A stretch of DNA of 64,000 nucleotides, from NCBI GenBank assembly GCA_964490505.1, contig CAZBCP010000016.1, forward strand, positions 36,676-100,675, given 5' to 3'. The translations under genes were made by a program, and so were the position numbers. This stretch comes from an uncultured Ohtaekwangia sp. GTDB taxonomy: Bacteria > Bacteroidota > Bacteroidia > Cytophagales > Cyclobacteriaceae. This document shows, piece by piece, positions 8,936 through 15,555 of this stretch (position 1 is its first letter; every line of letters begins with the position of its first letter). Below the pieces are notes generated by a model. That model made no database searches, was not told the origin of the DNA, and saw only the letters and a list, made by a program, of their open reading frames with translations.

Positions 8936-9111
8936 ATTCATTCCAAAACGATACAGTCGCTCAAGACTTAAACGATATCAAAAAACTGCTAATTCTCCTT
9001 TTGCTTAAAAGGGAGGTCACGCAAATTGAAATTTCGAACGCCTTGGGTGTCGACAATAGCGTGATTAGTCGCATGATGTCCGCCAAGAAAAAGACCGGAA
9101 GAAAAAAGTAG
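8932..9111 (+). CDS. Small HTH protein with Lys-rich C-terminal tail (paralog 3 of 6; 59 aa, below the ORF-track cutoff)
   Basis: Hand-translated: MNSFQNDTVAQDLNDIKKLLILLLLKREVTQIEISNALGVDNSVISRMMSAKKKTGRKK*. The ATG overlaps the paralog 2 stop (ATGA at 8932-8935). Same helix/HTH/polyK layout but one helix shorter. Confidence 0.5.
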   Translation: MNSFQNDTVAQDLNDIKKLLILLLLKREVTQIEISNALGVDNSVISRMMSAKKKTGRKK

Positions 9112-9118
9112 ACGATAG

Positions 9119-10021
9119 ATGACGTCTAACGTTTCGGATCATCGATCGAATTCGCCAGAGCAAATTGAATTTGCTGTTAAGATAATTGGTAAATCAAAGC
9201 ATCGACGATTAGTCTTTGATGCCGTCTATTTTGGAAAGAAGGCCTTTAAGACAGTTAAAGAAATAAGCGCCAAAACAAAGTTATCGGAGAAACGAGTCTT
9301 AGAGGAAGGTAAGAAGCTTGCTGATAACGGGATCATAAAACAAGCAAAGAAAGACAAGTCGACGGCATATTCAAAAGATGCCTTTTACTCGGCCAACAAA
9401 AGTAAAATTCGGAGATTCTTAGATGATCCCAAGAAGTTAGGTGGATTTCCAACGAAACGAAATGTTAGTGTCAAAGTCAGCTTCGAGTCGATTCGAATTC
9501 CAACGAAGTCTTTCAAAATCAAAGCCATTACGATCGATGATATAGATTCATTTAGAAAAGTAAGGGGCCTTTATGAATCCACCTTCGATATTTCAGTGCT
9601 GTCCGAAACTCAATTTAAGAACGGAGTTCTCGGAATAATTGGAGAAAGAGGTGTGTTTAAAGATTGGGGAGGTGAGGTCAATGACTTATTAACAACAAGA
9701 GTTAAATACAAAGGCGCAAGAATATCGGCCGCTTTTGCATTTAAAGGTCCGGGAACAAAGGGTAAGCTTACCATAGCAAAGATGGGAAAAAACGGAGATC
9801 AAGTTTTGAGGCTATTCAAAAGTCCTGCTGACTTATTTATCCTGCAATACTGGTCCGAAATAGATCAGCGTGTGATTGAAGAGGTCGAATCGCACGCCAA
9901 AATTGCTTCATTATCGAATTTTGGGAAGGAAGTTCTCTATTGTGTAATCGATGGGCAAGATTCCGCTCGTATAGTTCAAGCTTATCGGGAGTTTTTCAAT
10001 TCAAGTAAAAAACGGAAGTAA
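9119..10021 (+). CDS. wHTH protein with an uncharacterised C-terminal domain (possible Mrr-like PD-(D/E)xK fold)
   Basis: The N-terminal ~90 aa look like a winged helix (VFDAVYFGKKAFKTVKEISAKTKLSEKRVLEEGKKLADNGIIKQ). The C-terminal FKDWGGEVNDLL...AAFAFKGPG...ADLFILQYWSEID has the spacing of an Mrr-type D...(D/E)xK core. The fold assignment is inference only. Confidence 0.5.
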   Translation: MTSNVSDHRSNSPEQIEFAVKIIGKSKHRRLVFDAVYFGKKAFKTVKEISAKTKLSEKRVLEEGKKLADNGIIKQAKKDKSTAYSKDAFYSANKSKIRRFLDDPKKLGGFPTKRNVSVKVSFESIRIPTKSFKIKAITIDDIDSFRKVRGLYESTFDISVLSETQFKNGVLGIIGERGVFKDWGGEVNDLLTTRVKYKGARISAAFAFKGPGTKGKLTIAKMGKNGDQVLRLFKSPADLFILQYWSEIDQRVIEEVESHAKIASLSNFGKEVLYCVIDGQDSARIVQAYREFFNSSKKRK

Positions 10022-10043
10022 CAACGAATTAATTTCAAGGTGA

Positions 10044-10250
10044 ATGAAAAAGGACCCCAGTGAGAAAGAACTTCTTTTTGAGATAAATGAAAATCTCAAG
10101 AGGCTGATCGCAGTTGTCTCAACACAAGGACTAGACGATGAAACTAAGATCAAAATGTTAACTTCAATGAAGTACAGTTCTTATGATATCTCTGAAATGA
10201 CCGGAATCCCTGCACGAAGTATCAGGCGTAAAACCAGTAAACAAAAATAA
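10044..10250 (+). CDS. Small HTH protein with basic C-terminal tail (paralog 4 of 6)
   Basis: ...LKRLIAVVSTQGLDDETKIKMLTSMKYSSYDISEMTGIPARSIRRKTSKQK. Confidence 0.55.
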   Translation: MKKDPSEKELLFEINENLKRLIAVVSTQGLDDETKIKMLTSMKYSSYDISEMTGIPARSIRRKTSKQK

Positions 10251-10253
10251 CGG

Positions 10254-10475
10254 ATGAAAAAGGAACAAGAATCCGAGCCACGACTACCAAGTTTAGCGTT
10301 GGTTTTCGGTTACATTGCTGTCAAAGATTTTCAACGAATCGACGATCGAATAGAGGTCCTTTCAAGACTCGGCTACGGAAATAATGAAATTGCGCTGATC
10401 TGCGGTTCAACAGCCGGGAGGGTGGCAGTATCAAAGAGTATCCTCAAGAAGAAAACAAAAAAGGCCAAAAAATGA
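10254..10475 (+). CDS. Small HTH protein with Lys-rich C-terminal tail (paralog 5 of 6)
   Basis: ...LALVFGYIAVKDFQRIDDRIEVLSRLGYGNNEIALICGSTAGRVAVSKSILKKKTKKAKK. Starts 3 nt after the paralog 4 stop. Confidence 0.6.
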   Translation: MKKEQESEPRLPSLALVFGYIAVKDFQRIDDRIEVLSRLGYGNNEIALICGSTAGRVAVSKSILKKKTKKAKK

Positions 10476-10678
10476 AGTCTCGAGAGATCACGGACGAAAA
10501 AAGACAAACCCTTATGTTGGGTTATCTCTGTGTGGCTACTGAAATCGGATCAAGCATTGAACGAAAGGTACAAATCCTAGATCGGTTCGCGTTAAAGGAT
10601 GCAGAAATTGCGATCATTTGTAATTGCGCCCCACAGTCAGTTTTGAATGCCCGTCAAAAGAATAAAAAGAAGAAGTGA
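10472..10678 (+). CDS. Small HTH protein with Lys-rich C-terminal tail (paralog 6 of 6)
   Basis: ...LMLGYLCVATEIGSSIERKVQILDRFALKDAEIAIICNCAPQSVLNARQKNKKKK. ATGA overlap with paralog 5. Confidence 0.6.
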   Translation: MKSREITDEKRQTLMLGYLCVATEIGSSIERKVQILDRFALKDAEIAIICNCAPQSVLNARQKNKKKK

Positions 10679-10679
10679 T

Positions 10680-11201
10680 ATGGCGAGAACTCCAGCCATA
10701 ATAAAGCTGCCGGATGAATATGCTAATGCATTAAAGTTGGGGCCACCAACTTTCAGTACTATTTTCCAATTCGAGAACGGTCTTCGTATTCTGGTGAACA
10801 ATTATCTGGTAACGCTCTATGGTCAAGACTGGTGGGAGCAGTCGTTAAAAATTAGGATGCGTCCAATATACGACTATGTAGAAGATCAGAAAAACAAACG
10901 AAGTTTTATGCCTTGGATTGGTGACTCACCATCCGTCCAGTTGCTTCCCTTGCATTCGATTACCTTAGGGCACCTTGAGCAAATCGTCATCCATTATCGG
11001 TCCGACTGTGTTCCCGAGTTATTTCCAACATTGGACTTTTTTACCGGGCATCTTTTGGTCATTAAGAAGGTTAGAAATCTTTTTGCACACATGTATCCTT
11101 GTGTAGATAAGCAAGATCTTCAAACGTTAAAGCGAGAAGTTAAGACTCTTACAGAGCACATCGAGGTTAAGATCCGTCAGTATCCATCAATTATCCCATG
11201 A
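10680..11201 (+). CDS. HEPN-domain protein (Swt1-like HEPN, predicted RNase)
   Basis: Rx4H motif R-N-L-F-A-H (nt 11073-11090, KKVRNLFAHMYP). The N-terminal FENGLRILVNNYLVTLYGQDWWE is typical of Swt1-like HEPN proteins. I use the ATG at 10680 (MARTPAI), 1 nt after the paralog 6 stop; the track start at 10647 would overlap paralog 6. Confidence 0.65.
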   Translation: MARTPAIIKLPDEYANALKLGPPTFSTIFQFENGLRILVNNYLVTLYGQDWWEQSLKIRMRPIYDYVEDQKNKRSFMPWIGDSPSVQLLPLHSITLGHLEQIVIHYRSDCVPELFPTLDFFTGHLLVIKKVRNLFAHMYPCVDKQDLQTLKREVKTLTEHIEVKIRQYPSIIP

Positions 11202-12398
11202 GTTTTTTCTTCAACACCCTCATATCCTCACTCACCTTCCTCTCCACGACCTTCGCATAAATCTGCGTTGTCCTAATCGAAGTATGCCCCAACATCTTCG
11301 ATACCGTCTCTATCGGAACACCATTCGTTAAAGTTACGGTCGTAGCAAACGTATGCCTCGCCAAATGAAACGTCATGTGTTTCAAACACCACACACATCC
11401 GCGATCTCTTTCAAGTACGCATCCAACTTCTGATTCGACATCTGCGGAAACAACCGATCAAATCCATACCTTCTATATTTCTCGATCAAAACCAACGCCT
11501 TTGGTAGCAAAGGCACACGGACAGGCAGGTTAGTCTTTTTTCTCGTCATCATTATCCACCAATCTCCATCAATTCCCTTACAAATGTTTTCCGGTTTCAG
11601 TATCATCACCTCGTTATACGCTAAACCAGTATAGCAACTGAACACGAATAAATCCCTCACATAACCCAACCTTTCTACAGCGAATTCCTTTGCTTCTATT
11701 GCCTTCAAATCTTCCAGTGAAAGGAAATGCCTCTCCTTCTTAATAAACCTCGCCTGGAACTTTATAAACGGGTCCTTGTCGATCCATTCATTGCGCAAGG
11801 CAACGCCGATCATCTTGCGAAGTCTCTCAATGTGTTTGAGGATTGTGTTATGTCCACAAGGCCTATCATCATTCGGCTTCTTTAAATTCTTCAAGAACAG
11901 TTCAAAGTCAATCAAAAACCTATAATTCAAATGGCTCAACGGCAAGTCCTGCACTCGAATGACTTCATTTAAGAACCTTTGAATGTATTTCTGGGTGGTC
12001 TCGTAATTCTTCATCGTTCCCCACTCCAGCTTTGACTTCAAATGATTGTTGTGGTAATCTATTAGACCGAGCAAAGTGTGTTCGGTCGGGGCAATACCGC
12101 AGTATAGATTCTTGATCGCTTCGACGGTCACAGGTTGGCGTTGCATCCGAAGCTCCGTGCAAATGTTGGTAAGGTCGGTTCTAATCCGATCAAGATAAGC
12201 ATTGAACTGCCTCACCTCGGGTCGAGTACCGGAAAGACATCCCCTCGACATATCCCAGGAACTCACGTCGACTCTTCTTTTCACCGACACATCTACCGTT
12301 CGTCCGTCTACGCCAATCCTCACGTACACCGGCGTCATTCCATTCGATTCCTTATCACGCTTCACAAAGAATCTAACCGCCAATACATTCGTCATCAT
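11191..12398 (-). pseudogene. Bacteroidota-type tyrosine recombinase/integrase, split by a single frameshift
   Basis: ORF 11382-12398 carries the arm-binding N-terminus plus the core-binding domain and ends ...LKEIADVCGV*. ORF 11191-11394, in another frame, continues LKHMTFHLARHTFAT...LGHTSIRTTQIYAKV, which holds the catalytic R, H-x-x-R and Y. The junction is at the run GGTGTTTGAAAC (minus strand, ~11382-11394). One extra T would restore CGV-LKHMTFHLARH. Confidence 0.75.
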
Positions 12399-12539
12399 AC
12401 TTCACAAGTTTTTAAGTGTCGCACTCTCAAACCATCCAACCCCTCCATTCCCTATCTAACGTAAACCCTCCAAGGGCACGAATAGGGCACAAACTCCTTG
12501 TTACTCTTTGATTCGCTTTGACTTATTAGAAATAAAAAA

Positions 12540-12564
12540 GCCTGCCTACCGGCAGGCAGGTCTC
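12540..12564 (-). terminator. Palindromic element copy 1 (GCCTGCC-TACC-GGCAGGC), acting as a terminator-like hairpin on the minus strand
   Basis: On the minus strand the hairpin is followed by TTTTTTATTT (plus-strand A-run 12534-12539). It lies ~200 nt downstream of tRNA-Pro and upstream of the integrase. It contains the 12-mer CCGGCAGGCAGG (12549-12560). Confidence 0.55.
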
Positions 12565-12757
12565 TAAATCCATAAGATTTAAAAGCTTGCCCCGCCGGAT
12601 GGCGGGGGCCGTTGGTTCTGTTTGAAAAACCTGCGTGTTTGTTTGAAAAACGAAGTCGGGCATCGCCCGACGGAGTCCGCATAACGAGTTTTTGAATCAA
12701 ACTTTGCCTTGCGAACGAAGTCCGCCGTCGCTCGCTGTTCGCGAGCTATGGCGGACG

Positions 12758-12775
12758 AAGTCGGGGTGAGAGGAT
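12758..12775. repeat. tRNA-proximal att-like direct repeat
   Basis: AAGTCGGGGTGAGAGGAT, identical to 1107-1124. It covers tRNA-Pro positions ~59-73 plus 3 nt downstream. Confidence 0.8.
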
Positions 12776-12835
12776 TCGAACCTCCGACCTCTACGTCCCG
12801 AACGTAGCGCACTAGCCGGGCTGTGCTACACCCCG
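12761..12835 (-). tRNA. tRNA-Pro: tRNA-Pro (anticodon CGG)
   Basis: Hand-folded 75-nt cloverleaf: CGGGGTG TA GCAC AGCCCGGCTA GTGC G CTACG TTCGGGA CGTAG AGGTC GGAGG TTCGAAT CCTCT CACCCCG A. The acceptor stem is fully paired, the T-loop is TTCGAAT, and the anticodon loop TT-CGG-GA gives the anticodon. No CCA is encoded. Confidence 0.9.
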
Positions 12836-12870
12836 ATAACTTACATCTACATGCCGATGTTCGTCAGCAT

Positions 12871-12924
12871 GCCGGGCTGCCGCGTCTGCCGAAACTTTAG
12901 TAAAGGCAGGTGCTACACCCCGAT
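12871..12924 (-). other. Partial duplicate of the tRNA-Pro 5' arm, interrupted by a 30-nt hairpin
   Basis: GCCGGGCTG (12871-12879) and GTGCTACACCCCGAT (12910-12924) reproduce the contiguous 12815-12837 of the tRNA gene. Here they are separated by CCGCGTCTGCCGAAACTTTAGTAAAGGCAG (stem CTGCC/GGCAG). Confidence 0.6.
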
Positions 12925-12993
12925 TCCCTCGAAGGGACCCAAAAGTAAGAATTCCCCCGAAAAACTGCACCGTACTTCACGTATCTTACCGTA

Positions 12994-13479
12994 ATGGACC
13001 ACACCTTCTACCTCATTTACTACGTCGCCTGCAGCATCCTCGGCATCATCACCTTCAAAGGCATCCACTCCCCTATTCTCAAATGGATCACCGTCGCTCT
13101 AACATTCCTCTTCGCCCTCAACGTCATCGACCTCATCCTCCAGCTACACCTCGGATTCATCGCCGTCATCTGCTTTGTCCTCGCCTCCATCTTCTTCGTG
13201 CGAGCCATCGCCAAACACGCTTTCCTCAGCCGCGGCGAAAAAACCCTCTTCATCATCTATACCATCATGCTCATATTTAAATTCATATTCGCTGTCCTCC
13301 ACCTCAACGGCGCCGACGAAATGAGCGTGATCTGCTTCGTAATACTCCTTATCACCATCGGACGCTTACTATATTCAAAACTCAAAAAGAAATCCCTCAA
13401 AGGAAAAACCGACATAATCGAAGTCGGCGGCCTCCTCACCTGCTTCTGGCTCCCTACATTTGTCCGTATCTTCATTTAG
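12994..13479 (+). CDS. Integral membrane protein, function unknown
   Basis: 161 aa, with several hydrophobic segments (ILGIITF..., ITVALTFLFALNVIDLILQL..., IAVICFVLASIFFV...). No recognisable motif. Confidence 0.5.
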   Translation: MDHTFYLIYYVACSILGIITFKGIHSPILKWITVALTFLFALNVIDLILQLHLGFIAVICFVLASIFFVRAIAKHAFLSRGEKTLFIIYTIMLIFKFIFAVLHLNGADEMSVICFVILLITIGRLLYSKLKKKSLKGKTDIIEVGGLLTCFWLPTFVRIFI

Positions 13480-14255
13480 TGGTCATGAAAAGAGGTCTAA
13501 CCGTCATCGTATTTCTCTTAACAGCCCTCCCCTCCCTCGCCCAACTCTCCCCCGACAACTTCCAGATCCTCCACAGCGACAGCCTCTTCAAATCTGTCAC
13601 ACTCCGCAACAAGAAATACTTTGTCTGCGAAGTCGACCCGAAAAAATATAAGATCGAAACCTTCAATAAAAACGAAGCCGACCACTCAATACACACGTTT
13701 CAAACTATATACAACCTCCGAAAAGATCTCGTCTTCGCCATCAACGGCGGCATGTACCAGGAAGACCTCTCCCCACTCGGACTGCTCATCGTCAACAATA
13801 AAACAATCCGGAAAGTCAACACCGTAAAAAATGCACACGGAAATTTCTACATGGAACCCAACGGGATCTTCCTCCTCGACAAACAAAACAAACCACAGGT
13901 CGTAACCACCGACGATTACCTAAATAAAACCTTCGAAGCCAGGATCGCCACACAATCCGGCCCCATGCTCGTAACCAATGGTTCTATCAACTCAAACTTC
14001 ACGGACGGATCCGCCAACCTGCACATCCGAAACGGCGTCGGCATAAACGACAATGGACACGTCGTCTTCGTTATCTCCGAAGAGCGCGTAAACTTTTATG
14101 ACCTCGCCCATCTATTCAAAAATTATCTCAAATGCGACAACGCCCTGTACCTCGACGGCTTCGTTAGTCAATACTTCTCCCCTCAACTGCAAGGCACTCC
14201 AAAAGAAGGGGTCAGGCTCGGTGTGTTCATCGCCGTCTCAGCTAAATCTCCATAA
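13479..14255 (+). CDS. Phosphodiester glycosidase family protein (DUF2233/NAGPA-like), secreted
   Basis: Signal peptide; FAINGGMYQ..., ATQSGPMLV.NG, RNGVGI, ALYLDG blocks typical of the family. Confidence 0.7.
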   Translation: MVMKRGLTVIVFLLTALPSLAQLSPDNFQILHSDSLFKSVTLRNKKYFVCEVDPKKYKIETFNKNEADHSIHTFQTIYNLRKDLVFAINGGMYQEDLSPLGLLIVNNKTIRKVNTVKNAHGNFYMEPNGIFLLDKQNKPQVVTTDDYLNKTFEARIATQSGPMLVTNGSINSNFTDGSANLHIRNGVGINDNGHVVFVISEERVNFYDLAHLFKNYLKCDNALYLDGFVSQYFSPQLQGTPKEGVRLGVFIAVSAKSP

Positions 14256-14646
14256 CCACCATCGCAAAAAAGACAAATATCCCCACAAGCCTTACTGTCG
14301 ATGCAATCAGGTAAGACCTTATATAATCATCCGGAAAAGCATTCGCTCTAAGCTTTCGATACGCACTCACGTTGTTCAAAACCACATAACCTATGATCAG
14401 GATCGTGTATGCCAAAAACGCCGACAGCGACGGGATCTCCGTAAACCTCACCGCCAGGTAAAAAGCCAATACCGTCACAACCAGAAAAACATAGTGCCAC
14501 GTCTTGCTTCCACTGAACAGATCTATCAGTAGTACCTTCTTGTCTGCGTCCAATTTCTCCAGTCCACCCGCCGCCACCCTGCGAGAAATGAATACAGCCG
14601 TGACGAATATCACGAGCCCAATCATATATCTATCGAAAATGCCCAT
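14242..14646 (-). CDS. Small integral membrane protein, function unknown
   Basis: 134 aa with about four hydrophobic helices. Convergent with, and slightly overlapping, the 3' end of the preceding gene. Confidence 0.5.
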   Translation of the reverse strand: MGIFDRYMIGLVIFVTAVFISRRVAAGGLEKLDADKKVLLIDLFSGSKTWHYVFLVVTVLAFYLAVRFTEIPSLSAFLAYTILIIGYVVLNNVSAYRKLRANAFPDDYIRSYLIASTVRLVGIFVFFAMVVMEI

Positions 14647-14751
14647 TTGCGCGATGAATTTAATGATGCGAATATCGCCAGTCCTGCTGATTTGCTCACA
14701 TGATTGAGGTATATTAAAGTGCTCAACGTGACCTTAAATTGACATAACATT

Positions 14752-15543
14752 ATGCAGTTCAAAGTCTATCCCCCAGCAAAACAACTCGCCTCGTACATAC
14801 ACGCGTATATGGAGGCCGACTGCAGCGACCAGGCCGGCGAAAACACACTGTTCCCAAACGGCTACTCGGGCATCTTCTTCAACTTCGGGAACACCGGTGA
14901 GATCATCATCAAAGAAAAAGTACAGACACCACGCGTCAGTATCTATGGACAGATCGACAGGCCCTTCGCCGTCACAAACCCACAGGGATTTTACGCGCTC
15001 GGCGTGATCTTCAAACCATCCGCTTTATCGAAGCTCTTCCCATTCGATATGAGCGAGCTGGTTAATACAACAATGGATGGTCAACTGGTCAATAAAGAAT
15101 TTGAAGAACTGTACTCGCGTCTTGGAGAATCTCCCGACATCGCCGGGAAGCTGATGTTGATGAACCGATTTTTCATGACCGCGTTCACTCGCGTAGCCGC
15201 ACCGCCTACACTCGCCGATCACGCACTTCACGTGATGGAGCTTTATCGAAATATCCCGATGGAAAACCTGGCTCGCGAAGTCGGTGTGAGTCAACGTTAC
15301 CTGGAGAGAAAATTCACCAGCGCTGTCGGCCTGTCGCCAAAAACTTTCTCGCTTATCCAACGATTCAAGCGTATCGAACATGAGCTTCGTATGTCGCAAG
15401 GATCATGGGCCGATCTTAAGTTTGCCAATCAATACTACGATCAGAATCATTTCATCAAAGATTTCAAAAGATTCACGGGCCATACTCCCACGATGTACCT
15501 GCTTGAAAATTTCGAGATGGCACATTCTTACCTGGTGAGGTGA
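14752..15543 (+). CDS. AraC-family transcriptional regulator
   Basis: C-terminal AraC HTH (LAREVGVSQRYLERKFTSAVGLSPKTFSLIQRF...NHFIKDFKRFTGHTP). Confidence 0.8.
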   Translation: MQFKVYPPAKQLASYIHAYMEADCSDQAGENTLFPNGYSGIFFNFGNTGEIIIKEKVQTPRVSIYGQIDRPFAVTNPQGFYALGVIFKPSALSKLFPFDMSELVNTTMDGQLVNKEFEELYSRLGESPDIAGKLMLMNRFFMTAFTRVAAPPTLADHALHVMELYRNIPMENLAREVGVSQRYLERKFTSAVGLSPKTFSLIQRFKRIEHELRMSQGSWADLKFANQYYDQNHFIKDFKRFTGHTPTMYLLENFEMAHSYLVR

Positions 15544-15555
15544 GAACCAGCACTC

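Larger units (their letters stand above)
1107..12775. mobile_element. tRNA-Pro-associated genomic island (~11.7 kb) with defence-type cargo and a frameshifted tyrosine integrase
   Basis: Exact 18-bp direct repeat AAGTCGGGGTGAGAGGAT at 1107-1124 and 12758-12775; the second copy is the tRNA-Pro 3' end plus 3 nt. The integrase lies next to the tRNA-proximal repeat. The interior is visibly more AT-rich than both flanks and holds no housekeeping genes. Confidence 0.75.

Noticed and set aside
9755-9781. P-loop-like string GPGTKGKLT in the 300-aa wHTH protein.
   Set aside because: It matches GxxxxGK but lacks the S/T that should follow, and no Walker B is recognisable. It is more likely a loop after the putative xK strand than an NTPase motif.
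12135-12812. ORFs 12135-12464, 12202-12459, 12452-12700 and 12579-12812 around the integrase 5' end and tRNA-Pro.
   Set aside because: They are antisense to the integrase or run through the tRNA gene and hairpin-rich att region. The translations are Arg/Pro/Ser-rich with no motif.
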